64,000 bases of DNA from Trypanosoma brucei (lineage: Eukaryota), in contig CP000071.1 in assembly GCA_000002445.1 (NCBI GenBank), positions 928,001-992,000 of the forward strand, in the 5' to 3' direction. The notes below the pieces were generated by a model, which searched no databases, was not told the DNA's origin, and saw nothing but the letters and a program-made list of their open reading frames with translations. The translations under genes and the position numbers were made by a program. This document shows, in pieces, positions 31,090-42,300 of this stretch. The number at the start of each line of letters is the position of its first letter. Within the stretch, counting starts at the first letter, position 1.

Positions 31090-33483
31090 ATGGGGATTAA
31101 AGGGTTATGGGGAGAAGTGAAACCCGTGTGCCGAGACGCACACTTGGAGAAATTCAGAGGGAGCCGTGTTGGAGTTGACATGTACGTGTGGCTCCACCGC
31201 GCTGTCAGCGGAAGCGTTGATCTCAGTACCGAAGCGAATGTTGAAATGCTTAGGGCACATGTTGAAAGCCTGTCAGATCCTTCCGTGACAGTCAGCGCGC
31301 ATCCCATTCCCCTTAACACAAAATTTCTCCACTGGGTGATGAGTCAGGTCGAGCTTCTTCTGCGATACGGTGTGAAGCCTGTGCTGGTGTTTGATGGGAG
31401 GGAGTTGCCAATGAAGCGTGAGGAAGAAGAGGAACGAAGACGGAACAGGATCAAGCACCTCTCTGAGGCTCTGGATTTGCTGCGGCGCAACTCGAGGCCG
31501 ACGCCTAGCGAACGTAAGGATATAGCAGGGCTAGTGGAAAGGGGAATGGACATAACAACGGAGCTTGCACATGCCGTGATCATGATGTTACAAGAACGCC
31601 AGTTGGAGTGCATTGTGGCGCCTTACGAGGCGGATGCCCAGTTAGCGTATTTGTGCCAGCAGAGGTATGTGGACGCGGTAATAACGGAGGACAGCGATCT
31701 CCTTGTGTATTGGTGTCCGCGGCTTATCGCTAAGTTAGATCACAAGGGAAGTTGTCAAGTTATTGAGGTGGAAAGCGTACTTCATTGTCCTTTGTTTAAA
31801 GGACTTTCGTATAACTCTTTCCTCGTCGGCTGCATTCTTAGTGGCTGTGATTACTTACCTAATTTGCGGCATATTGGCGTGAAGAAGGCATTCGGCATTA
31901 TGTCAGAGGCCAGGTCGGTGCCGGATGTCATTCGGTTATTAGAGGAAAACTATGGGTTTCCCAGGGAGCAACTGCGCAAATATGAAGCTGGTTTACAGAG
32001 AGCCATCTACTGTTTTTTACACCACATCGTCTTTGACCCGGTGAAACGTGCGTTGGTTACCCGAACACCTCTTCCAAACGGAGTTGCGTTCAAGCAGAGC
32101 ATTTTGGGTGAGTTAGTGGGGGACGATCTCGCCCAAAGCATGTGCTGCCAGTGCCTCTACGATCCCACCACACGCTCTTTATACAAGGGAATTTATCAGT
32201 ATTGTTTGGATAATTACCGGAAGACTTCCCGCGCTGGTCAGAGTACGTTGACGGCATTCAACGGGTTCAAGGAGCTGCGGTCGCCGCGTATGACCTTACG
32301 ACTTGCTTCAAGCAACTCTCAGGCGTCAGCCACATCAGTGTCGAATACCCCGCTTACGCCACCGACGAAAACGTTTTTCTCAGCACCGCTGGAGAAAGTG
32401 CGGGAAGCCGAAGGTTACTGTGGGCCGAAGGTTGTGCGATCCAAGTACTTTGTGAACGGGCAGTGGAAGGTGGACAACTGGGAGGAGAGCAGTTCGCAGG
32501 GCGGAGACTCAAACACCAAGAATGGCAACGGTGACGACAGTCAAAGCCCTAGCGGCGCTGTTACCGATGAATGTGATGCCGCTGGCGGTGTTCGAAGTGA
32601 CGGTGGAAAATGTTGTGTCAAGAGTGAGCCACCGACGCCACCTGACCGTGTTAGCTGTGCAACACTGAGCTGTAAAGCTTCAAGCGTTTGTCAGGTTGCA
32701 GGTGCCTCCGACTCAGCAACCGCAGATGCGGACCGAGCAGTGGACCCATCGCACGGTGAATTCAGAGGGACGGAGCTTACGTGTAGCGACGTGTGCGGGT
32801 TAACAGAGGTTCCCTGCTCTAATGTAGAAGGCAGCGCCAGTGCACTCCTTCAAGAATGCGGCGCAGATGCGCCCAACGACCCGGTGGGCGCTGACCGTGC
32901 CAGCGTGCAAGATGTGAATGAGGGCGCAGAAATGCTTTGTCCCTTTGGCTACATTCAATGCAGACGGAAGCATTCCCTGTTTGAGCAGTGCTTCGTTGGA
33001 AAGGGGTGGACAAAGAAGGCTAATAACCCCAACGATCAAAATAATGGCTCCGGTGCCCAGGTGGTCCCGCAGGGCGATACTGATGGTGATGGGGGTACGT
33101 CGCCATGGAGAACAAGAGGGAGTGCGAAGCGTAGGTGGAGTGAGATAGAGAGTGTGCAGCCGTCGCAGTCACCACCGCTTGTGTCTTCTTCTTCTTCGTT
33201 CCTTCATTCCATTGCCTCAACCACTGCTTCGCCGCTTACCGTACGTGAAGCAAACGATGCCAAAACTGGAGGTTCATGTGGAGGGTCGGTTTCTGTGCCC
33301 TGCAGGATGCAGTCAAACTCACCCAAAACTCTCACTGAGCAATGTGCGAACGGGTTGGCAACTGAAGATGCCTCTGATGAAGGCGTCAATGCAGACTTCA
33401 GTGCCAGCACATCCCAAAGTAGTGTCGCTGCCGCCCCTAAGGCGGCAGCCCTCTTTGAGCTGTTATCTTATACGCGACGGTAG
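31090..33483 (+). CDS. EXO1: exonuclease 1 (XPG/Rad2-family 5'-3' exonuclease/flap endonuclease)
   Basis: The N-terminus MGIKGLWGEVKPVCRDAHLEKFRGSRVGVDMYVWLHRA is the XPG-N signature. The XPG-I acidic block VAPYEADAQLAYL...VITEDSDLLVY is present. A helix-hairpin-helix-like GCDYLPNLRHIGVKKA follows. The long Ser/Cys/Asp-rich C-terminal tail is typical of EXO1 rather than FEN1. The ATG at 31090 lies inside the ORF-track ORF starting at 31024. Confidence 0.85.
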   Translation: MGIKGLWGEVKPVCRDAHLEKFRGSRVGVDMYVWLHRAVSGSVDLSTEANVEMLRAHVESLSDPSVTVSAHPIPLNTKFLHWVMSQVELLLRYGVKPVLVFDGRELPMKREEEEERRRNRIKHLSEALDLLRRNSRPTPSERKDIAGLVERGMDITTELAHAVIMMLQERQLECIVAPYEADAQLAYLCQQRYVDAVITEDSDLLVYWCPRLIAKLDHKGSCQVIEVESVLHCPLFKGLSYNSFLVGCILSGCDYLPNLRHIGVKKAFGIMSEARSVPDVIRLLEENYGFPREQLRKYEAGLQRAIYCFLHHIVFDPVKRALVTRTPLPNGVAFKQSILGELVGDDLAQSMCCQCLYDPTTRSLYKGIYQYCLDNYRKTSRAGQSTLTAFNGFKELRSPRMTLRLASSNSQASATSVSNTPLTPPTKTFFSAPLEKVREAEGYCGPKVVRSKYFVNGQWKVDNWEESSSQGGDSNTKNGNGDDSQSPSGAVTDECDAAGGVRSDGGKCCVKSEPPTPPDRVSCATLSCKASSVCQVAGASDSATADADRAVDPSHGEFRGTELTCSDVCGLTEVPCSNVEGSASALLQECGADAPNDPVGADRASVQDVNEGAEMLCPFGYIQCRRKHSLFEQCFVGKGWTKKANNPNDQNNGSGAQVVPQGDTDGDGGTSPWRTRGSAKRRWSEIESVQPSQSPPLVSSSSSFLHSIASTTASPLTVREANDAKTGGSCGGSVSVPCRMQSNSPKTLTEQCANGLATEDASDEGVNADFSASTSQSSVAAAPKAAALFELLSYTRR

Positions 33484-33890
33484 AGCATACATGTGATCTC
33501 CTCTTGCTCTTATATTTATATACGCGTTACTAAACTGTTATATTTTTGTTTATATGTATCTTATATCTGACTGTCTATTCATCGTGCTTTTTTTCTATAT
33601 CATTTCCCATTCCCCTTTTATTTTGCCCTTTTTTTTCAGTTTTTCATTTTTATTTTTATTTCCCTTTTCAAATTCTTGCTTTCTTTCCCCCTTTTTTACA
33701 TTTTTTTTTGTTTCGTTTCTCGTCACTATCACCTGCATCTCGTTGACCGTGTTCTTTTCCTTTTTTTTTTCCAGTGCTCCGCATCCCTTTTCTCTATGTC
33801 GCTGGTGCAGTTCCCGCGGACGCTGGATCCGCGTATTGCACCTTTGCTGGAGTTAGATGCATTTCCTTCCCTTTTTATGGGCTACGCAAA

Positions 33891-33940
33891 TATGTATGTA
33901 TATGCATCTGTATATGTATATATATATATATTCTTTCTGT
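33891..33940. repeat. (TA)n/(TGTA)n microsatellite
   Basis: tatgtatgtatatgcatctgtatatgtatatatatatata in the EXO1 downstream spacer. Confidence 0.8.
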
Positions 33941-34915
33941 GCTATTTGGTGTCTGTTTTGACGGTGAGAAAGTTTAGAAGGACAAGAGCAAATAAAAAAA
34001 AGGGGGGAAGGGAATGAAGGTAACCTGGCAAGGAAGGGGAATAGACGAGGGAAACATGGTTCCTGCAATGGCTGCCTGAAGAGGTGTCTTGTCATAGCTG
34101 GATGAAAAAAAGTTATGCGTACTCGCGTTTACATTCATTCTTTGTTACCTATTATTTCGAGCAGTTAACACCAGTGGTATTGCGTAGCTTCTATACGCAT
34201 TAATTTTAATTTTTTTTTCTGGTGTGTTTGCTACTTATGTCAGGTCTTTTTTCGTTTTTTCTTGATCTGCATTCGTTGTACCATCTGGAAGAAATGGGGT
34301 ATTGAGTAGAAAAAAAAAAGAAGGAAATTGGGTAAGTGAATGAACTGGTTTGTGTGTCTAATGGAGACTCTGCAGGATATACGGATAGGGGGTAAAAAGA
34401 AAAAAAAGAATACGAATTCTCTTTTTTTTAAAAGGAGAAGGGAGAGAAGGCAGTGCCTTGTGTGGGGGGCTATATTGATCATCGACGCAGGAAGGTCTGC
34501 GTCTTTCTTTGTTACGTAATGTCCTTCCTTTCACCGGTATCGTCCATTCTTTGTTTAATTTTTCTTTTCTTTTGTTTAAGTGTTTTTGTTGTCGTATTAC
34601 TGCAGTTAACTAATGTTTCCCCCAAACATACTCTCTTTGGATTGTGCGGTTTTCCTTAAAAGCCTCCTCCCCTCGTGACGTTCCATCCCGCCGTGCAGTG
34701 CCGTATAGCCGCCTTACGCGCCTCTTCTCTCCATTTGTTTTCTTTATTTTCTGTTGGGATAATCGTGTCTGCTTATCTACTCGCTGCGGTGACCGCATAG
34801 CGACAAGTGGAGTCGTGGGTGTACGCGTCGTACACACGAGGTTCCGACTCTCTTCCGTTCTGCGATCCTCCAGAATCGCCAGACACCATTAAATGTACGG
34901 TTCTGCGGGTGCTGA

Positions 34916-36670
34916 ATGAATCGAAAAAAAAGGTCCGTTGCACAGCGGGCACTGCAGCAGTGTCTACGGCGCCTGCCTGTAGGTCACAGTGTCATTTATC
35001 TTAATGAGCTGAGTGCTCACAACCAACTCTCCTTTCTTACTCAATGTTTTGGCCAAGGCTCTGGGAGCGAATGCGGCGGCGACGCGGGGTGTTTGGGAGA
35101 TATTCACATTGGGTTTGAGGGATCCACTTTTCACCCGCCGCCGCGGCCAATGCAACAGCAGACATTAGCGGAAGCCGGAAAGGAGAGCCGTCCTCCCCGT
35201 CATGTCACCACGCCGCTATCCGGTGGTGTGGTGTCCCGTTTGCTGCTACCGAAGATGACGTGCGGTCAGTTGTCGGCGTACCGCGCCCCTCATTTGGACC
35301 TTCTGCCGCGCCCGCAACTTTTCCTTCTTTTAGTGCCGCGGCGTCTGTTCACTTCAGTCGGTTCTTGTTTCTCCACCGAGGCGCTGCTGAGGCGTCACTT
35401 AGTTGACGTCCGTGGTGTGTTGCACTGGCGAGAACACGTGAGAACGTTACCAAATGCGGATACCACGGGGCACAGGCGGGAAACGGAGTCGGGATCAGTA
35501 ATGCTTCTGCCGACATGGGGATGCAGTGCGGCTCAGGCGCGGCAAGCTGTTGCAATGGCAGCCATTGGCGATTTTCGTGTGTTTCTGTTGGGTCGTGGTC
35601 GACAGCGGTTGCTCTCAAGTCAAGCGTTGAGTGTGCAGGAGCTGGGTCGCTGGTGTCCAGCCGCCTTTCGCAGCTTTCAGTTGGATATACTTTCAGTTGA
35701 GCAGACGCCGGTATCATCACGGTCGTTCACACTTTCTTTGTTGGATGAGGCGAGGCGTGGGTTTCGTGAGTGGGGCCGGTCTGTAAACAAATTAGTGGAC
35801 GGTAGTGACTCGTTGAAGGAAGGGAAAAGGGATACGGGACGGGGAAAATGTGCGATATCGCTTTCCGTTGCCGAAGCTGTGCTGGATGTGCGGTGTGATG
35901 CTGCCGTGCCTTGGGCATCGGTTGCTGACAGCTACTTGAGTGCTAAGCTTTTTGAGGCACTTCACGACCGACGTCATTGGTGTGCCTTGGATGCGATGAT
36001 ACATGCCTCACAGTACGTTGTGTTGCCGTTTCTTGTTGGTGAACTCTCAGCAAACGGCACCTACGGCGCTAACGAAAAGTGTTGCTCTTCAAAACTTACG
36101 CGGCTTCTGCGTTGGTCGGATTTGCAATCGATGTTCCGCTGGCGTCACTTTGAACCAGTATTTGGCCCACTGTCCCAGTTGGTGCGACCTGAGGATGTTA
36201 CAGCCATTGGGGGTGGCCGTGATCCCTTTATACTCCCCCTACACGACACATTTGTTCGGCTCTTCCTTCTTCCCCGCATGCGTATTTATTACGCTGAGCG
36301 ACATAGTGCTGCTAGGGGTACTTTTGGTCACCTTGCATCGCATAACAAGGGTGACAGAGCAAGGGAACCAAAGGTGGGAATGGAGGGAGGAGGAGGTGAG
36401 GAGGAAGCCACAGTTGATATACTGGACTGCTTTAACGAGCTTACGCGTGAGGTGGGTATGAATCGGGCGTGTGACAGCTTATCTCGGGGGTGTGGCAAGG
36501 GAGTTGACCGGCTTTCCATGCCAAAGGAGGAACGTCCCGGAACCTCACGCGCACCCTCCTTTACCGTCATGGATCTGCCCGCACTTGTGAAATATCTGTT
36601 TTACTTTCCTGAGTGCTTCGAGGTTTCTCGAAGTGGCATGGACGTAACGTTTAGGTTACGAGGAAGCTGA
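34916..36670 (+). CDS. hypothetical protein (584 aa), Arg/Leu/Cys-rich
   Basis: Long intact ATG ORF on the coding strand. No recognisable motif. The true start could be an internal Met. Confidence 0.4.
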   Translation: MNRKKRSVAQRALQQCLRRLPVGHSVIYLNELSAHNQLSFLTQCFGQGSGSECGGDAGCLGDIHIGFEGSTFHPPPRPMQQQTLAEAGKESRPPRHVTTPLSGGVVSRLLLPKMTCGQLSAYRAPHLDLLPRPQLFLLLVPRRLFTSVGSCFSTEALLRRHLVDVRGVLHWREHVRTLPNADTTGHRRETESGSVMLLPTWGCSAAQARQAVAMAAIGDFRVFLLGRGRQRLLSSQALSVQELGRWCPAAFRSFQLDILSVEQTPVSSRSFTLSLLDEARRGFREWGRSVNKLVDGSDSLKEGKRDTGRGKCAISLSVAEAVLDVRCDAAVPWASVADSYLSAKLFEALHDRRHWCALDAMIHASQYVVLPFLVGELSANGTYGANEKCCSSKLTRLLRWSDLQSMFRWRHFEPVFGPLSQLVRPEDVTAIGGGRDPFILPLHDTFVRLFLLPRMRIYYAERHSAARGTFGHLASHNKGDRAREPKVGMEGGGGEEEATVDILDCFNELTREVGMNRACDSLSRGCGKGVDRLSMPKEERPGTSRAPSFTVMDLPALVKYLFYFPECFEVSRSGMDVTFRLRGS

Positions 36671-37641
36671 GCCGAGGTGTATTCCAACTGTGGGTCAGTG
36701 GCGGCCTGATTGAGAGTTGTATAAAGATATGAAAAATGAGAAGGAAGTGTAGGGAAGGAAGGAACGGATAAAATTATGAAATTGACCGGTATGTCTCCGG
36801 TTTGCTGCTGAGGAGGATTTTGGGCCCTCTGCTGAGCGTTAGATGGTGCTGTGATACCACATTCCAAGCATCAAGGTGGATTGTGTGACTTTCAAACAGG
36901 TTAACGAGGCGGCGTGCCATATGCGTATGAAGCAATGGAACGCGTAATGTGTAGTTCACGGAGTTGCAGCGTTTCAAGCGCAGCAAAAAACTCGGATCTT
37001 CCCCCCTTTTGATAGCGATTGCGCATGCGTTGCTGTTGCAGGATGTACCTTTATCTACTGAGTAAGGTTTCCGGGAGCTCAATACAGTTGTGGAACGACG
37101 CAGTAGAGGGCATGTGTGAAGATGTGGCGAATGTAACCGTCCGAGGACCTTTCGCCACTGTGCGCCACTCGAGCGCATGTGAGCGACAGATTGTTACAAC
37201 AGCAGTGTTCCACACGGGTTGCACGGAGACAGCGTGCGGCAGCCGCATTAAATGTGCGTACGTTTGTAGAGCCTGAGGTTTCTTGTCCTGTTCGTTTTGG
37301 TTGTGTCAAACATTTTCTGTTGTAATTTCCCATTAAACAATACTCTGTAGAGTTGTATACTTCGCCTGGTGTACTAACCGTTCTGTTTTTCACCCCTTTC
37401 AATCTGCATTCGCGTTTCCCTTTCACTTCTCCCTTTTATTCCTTCTTTGTGGTACTGTTTGCCGTGCTGTATCGGTGACTGGTGGTATTGGGATCCAATC
37501 ATCCACCTTTCCGGTGGCTTCAGTGTGCACCGAGTTGTCAATCGTAAAGCGAGTCAGGCGAGACCTCTGAAGTGTCGCTAAGGTACTTCACACTAAAAGA
37601 TTTGTGTAAACTGGTGAAGAGCAGACAAGGACAGCGTCTCG

Positions 37642-38454
37642 ATGGAAGTGGCATTCGACGTTTACGCCTCCCTTCTACCGGTTGACCGCAACTCGCTTCG
37701 TGATCAAATGTTTGTCTACTGGCTTCTCCTCACAACCGGCGGTATAGTGATGTACCTTCTTTGTGCGTCGTTCAGTACATACTTGTTTTTCTTTGAGTTT
37801 GCCGAGACTTACTTTCCCCGCACAATAGCAAAGGGAGGACTCCACGACCAAATAATTCACGAGATATTTATTGCCGTTGCGTCTGTACCCTTTATGGCAA
37901 TTTTAATGACACCTGCTGCAGTTCTTTCGCACCGCGGCTACAGTAAGTTGTACTATAACGTGGATGATTATGGCTGGCCTTATCTCTTCTTCTCTGCGGC
38001 CCTCTTTTTTGTCTTCACCGATTTCATGGTGTACTGGTTCCACCGCGGTCTCCACCATCCCACACTGTACCGTCACCTGCACAAGCTTCATCACACCTAC
38101 AAGTACACCACACCCTTCTCTTCTCACGCATTCAATCCATGTGATGGGTTTGGTCAGGGTGTCCCATACTACGCATTTATATTTATATTTCCCGTTCACC
38201 ACTACCTCTTCGTGTTGCTCTTCATGGCGGTGAACCTGTGGACGGTGTCAATTCACGACCAGGTGGACTTTGGGGGTCATATCATCAACACGACAGGGCA
38301 TCACACGATTCACCACGAGAAATTCAGCTACGACTACGGGCAGTACTTCACGTTTTGGGATCGGATCGGTGGTACGTACAAGGCAGCGAAGCAGACACAC
38401 TCGCTGTCACTGTTTGGAAGGGGCGGTCGAGTTTCAGCTCAAAAACAGGAATAA
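37642..38454 (+). CDS. sterol C-5 desaturase / lathosterol oxidase (fatty-acid hydroxylase superfamily, ERG3/SC5D-like)
   Basis: Three histidine boxes with SC5D spacing (HRGLHH, HKLHHTYK, HHTIHHEKF). Four hydrophobic segments. Motifs TPFSSHAFNPCDGF...VPYY match ERG3 orthologues. Confidence 0.85.
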   Translation: MEVAFDVYASLLPVDRNSLRDQMFVYWLLLTTGGIVMYLLCASFSTYLFFFEFAETYFPRTIAKGGLHDQIIHEIFIAVASVPFMAILMTPAAVLSHRGYSKLYYNVDDYGWPYLFFSAALFFVFTDFMVYWFHRGLHHPTLYRHLHKLHHTYKYTTPFSSHAFNPCDGFGQGVPYYAFIFIFPVHHYLFVLLFMAVNLWTVSIHDQVDFGGHIINTTGHHTIHHEKFSYDYGQYFTFWDRIGGTYKAAKQTHSLSLFGRGGRVSAQKQE

Positions 38455-38990
38455 AAGGGGGTTATGCGACGGGATTTGGATAGTATATATATATATATGT
38501 ATGCAGTGAAGGAATAATGGTGGAGGGATGTTTGTTGCATTCTGTAGCCTCCTTTTCGTCACTTTTTTGTCATTGTGCTGCCACTGCTTCAAAAGGTGTT
38601 CACCAAGCGAATGATGCTTTTTTTTTCTCCCTTATATTTCGATATTCTGTTTTACTTTTTTTTATATTTTGGGCGCTGCGGGTGCTTCTGGCTGGAGGAT
38701 ATGGGTGGAGAACCCCCTTTTTTTTCCAGCAGGATGAGTTATATTCCACCCACGCGCTTCGGCGTTCGGTGTGTACACCTCGGTTCGTAAATACATTGGT
38801 ACTCTAATTTTTCTACGCCGTCTCGTTTATTCATTCGGTGACTGATCTGTGCTGTCTTGGCTTACTTTCCTCATGAATTTCATTCACCATCTCCTTTCTT
38901 TTCTTCCTGACTCCTTCCCGTGCTGCATCGTTTTACGGGGCCTTGCGACACAACACGGCTGGGGGCTTTCAATCGTGCTGCAGCCTTAGG

Positions 38991-39045
38991 TGTCCCCCTT
39001 GAGGTTCTTTTTTTTCTTTTTCCTCTTTGGTCCCTCTGGCTCGAA
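38991..39045 (+). promoter_or_regulatory. polypyrimidine tract upstream of dynein heavy chain
   Basis: cccccttgaggttcttttttttctttttcctctttggtccctctggctcg lies ~340 nt 5' of the dynein ATG. Confidence 0.4.
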
Positions 39046-39246
39046 GGGAAAAGATTGAAAAACAAAACAAAAGGAATAAAAGGAAATAAAAGGAGTGAGA
39101 TTTGTTACGAACAAAAAAGGAAAGACAAGAAGGTGGAGCGTGAAGGTGGCCGCTTCAGTGCTGGCAGCGCATAGAAGGAACAGAAGGGAGACGTATTTAT
39201 ATTTATTTGAGACGCTTAGCGCCACTAAAGTTGTTGGAACAAGGGA

Positions 39247-39257
39247 TTTAAACGGAG
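39247..39257. repeat. G11 homopolymer
   Basis: ggggggggggg, 128 nt upstream of the dynein ATG. Confidence 0.9.
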
Positions 39258-39384
39258 GGGGGGGGGGAAAAGAGGAAACATCAAAGCAAAGAAAAGGCGG
39301 ATCCCTTCCAAGCGACTGGGGAGAGGGGGAGTTTCGACGTACGTTCGAACAGCTACAGTATAAAAAGGGGGGAAAGTAGAGTAA

Positions 39385-42300
39385 ATGACGTCCCGCGTTA
39401 AGTTTGAAGTTGCAGAAGAGGGTGTCATCCCTGAGTGCCATCCGGAATGCACTGTGTGGATGCTGCAACGCATTCAGGCGGAGCTACAATGCAAGGATGA
39501 GGAGTTCACAAATAAGCACATTCGTCTTATTAATGACTTTCTCGTGGGTGATGAGGATCTACACGCGCTCTTTTGCTACTACAGTAGTGTGTTGGTGGAT
39601 GTGGTTTCTGAAGACGGGGAGCCGTCCTCTGAATCCCGTAGCCAGCAGGAAATGATCGCGGAGTTGCGCATTGTTGATGGCCTTCCGGCTGTATCACGGA
39701 GGGACACAATGAAGGGAATGTGCCTTGATGTCGTGTGGTTTGCCCGCCTCGACCCAGAGAAGTTGATCGTCCCTGAGAGCGTGGACACCTGTATTGCGTG
39801 GGGTGTATGTCGTGGTGGTAATCTTCTTGAAGGTTTCCTTCGCCAGCTTCAGTACTCTATCGCACCAACGCTTCTACAGAATCGCTGGCCAGACAGTCTT
39901 GAGAAGGACGTTCGTTCAGCCCTCCATCGTTTTATGGCAGCTGTAACAGAAAATGTGAATCGTCTCAAGGGTCAGACAGTGTTGTATGTCCCCAGTGATC
40001 TCTTTAGCAAGGTGGACCTCGCCGAAGCGCACCAAAATCGTGAACTTGTTCAGGGTTTTGAGGCGGTAGTGATCCACTGGACGCGGCAAATTAAAGAGGT
40101 TGTGGGAGATAAAGACGCCGGTCTCACGGGAGATGGTGCAGGACCGTTGCAAGAAATCGCGTACTGGCGGTCGCGTGCGCGTGACTTGGGTAATATCCGC
40201 ACGCAGCTGAACCGCTCGGACGTGGGAGGAATTGTGCAGGTTTTGAAAAATGCGAAATCATTTTACTATCTTGAGCCATTTTTGAACTTGCGTGCCGACG
40301 TGGAGAAAGGTACCGATGAGGCCTTTGATAGTCTGCGGTTCCTTAACACGCTGCTGGAGCCGTGTACCCGACTATCACGTGCTGGCCCAAAGGAGATACC
40401 GTCCCTTATTCCCGATGTTCTCATTCACGCGCAGCTGATTCTTCTGTACTCAAAGAGTTACAAGAAAGATCGCTTTTTCCGCCTGTTACGGTTAATCTCT
40501 AATGAAATCATTTTCCGCTGCAGCCAGGAGATTGATGTGCCTGCCATCCTCAACGGTGATGTAGAGCGGAGTATGGTAGCACTGAGACACAGCGTTGCGG
40601 CTGGTAATGCATGGATCCAGGAGTGCCACAAGATGCTCGCGGCCACACGCAAAAGGTTTAAGATGGAACGTGGTGAGAAACTTGATGTAGACGACTCTTT
40701 TCTTAATGAAATTGACGGGTTTGTGCGCCACCGCTGCCAAAACTTGTGCGAAATTTGTAAGGCTCAGCTGCAGTTCGGTTTTAAGAGTGTATTCCAAGAT
40801 AGCCAAATATCTACCGATCGCACAGGGGGATCGCGGCACACGCGTGGAGTTCGAAACGCGGCAGCAGTTGAGAAGCGGCAGATTGCCGGTGGCGTGGCCG
40901 CCTATGGTGCGCCGCTTGAGGTGAAGGATCTGGTTAAAACGAAAGGAAAGGAAAAGGATGTCTTTAGGGGCCAGCTGCCAATTTTCAGTGGGAATAAGGG
41001 TCCAGAGATTGAGACGCAGCTGTTAGACATCCAACGTGCATTTAAAGCCAAGATAGACACACTGCGGCGGTTAGACTACGATATTCTTGATGTGAAGTCT
41101 ACTCGTTGGGTTGATGACTTCCGGGCATTGAAGTCAGACATTGATAATCTATCTATGATGCTTCAGCAGATCATCACGGCGGCTTTTGATAGCTTTACCA
41201 CAACAGAGATGGGCGCTGAATACATTGAGGCCTTTTTTCTCGTGGCGGAAACAGAGGAGCTTCAACTCCAGTTGGATCGAAGTAAAGACCGAGTGTTTCG
41301 TATGGTGCATGATAGGGCTATGGTCGTACAGGGCAAGTTACAACGATGTTTCAACAAGCCTCCACCAATTTTCTACCTCCATCCGCCCCTAGCTGGTCAC
41401 GGTATGTGGGCAGAGAACAATGCCCACCTTCTTCAGATGACTACGGAGACACTAAATCACTGCTACTACTTGCGTGAATCCCCCGAATCCACGGAGACAA
41501 TACAACTTGTCGATCGACTGGATCGGTCTCTCCGCGACACGATGCGGCAGAAGTTTTGCGAATGGAGGGCAAACCTGCCGCAGAACCCTGGCGAGTATCT
41601 TGAGCGATTTCTCATTTCTAAGCGCCCCAACCCGCGGAAACACTCCCTCGCCCTGTATGATGTAAATTTCGCTTCGGAGCTTTTGTTACTCTTCGCTGAG
41701 GCGCGGTACTGGCACAGTCTTGGCGAGCTGTTGCCTGTCCACATTATGGACATTGTGTCTAAGGAAGAACGCCTGCGAATATACCGTGAGAGTGTTGCAC
41801 AGGCAGTTCGGGCCCGAAACAGCATTGCCTTGTCGCTGACCCGTGAGGAATGTCGACTTTTCTCAGTGCGGATGAATTTTTTGGAGAGCAAATATATGCC
41901 CGGAATGACGAGACTGCTGTGGAACTCACAGGGTATTGTTGAGTACTTTGTTCGAGAGTGCCGCCAACACGTGGAGCGAGTTCAGCACATCGTAAATGAG
42001 TTTAAGCACGGATCAGAGTACGTTGACCATCACTGCAAGGCTATTGCCGACACGATTGTGGTCATCTTTGAGAAAAAGAAGGTATATTCCATCGAATCCT
42101 TCGTAGAGAAGCAAGAGGCTCACCGTGCCGCCACGTTGGAGAAACTTCAGGCAATTCATCGGCGCCTCGTGGACAAGCTATTCGAGTTGTTGAGCTACTT
42201 TCGTGACGACTATGCCGAGGATGATGTCGTTCGCACGGAGTGGCACCGCCTCATATCGAAGGTGGAGCTAAAGGTGGAGGAAGCGTTGCGTACGATGGTG

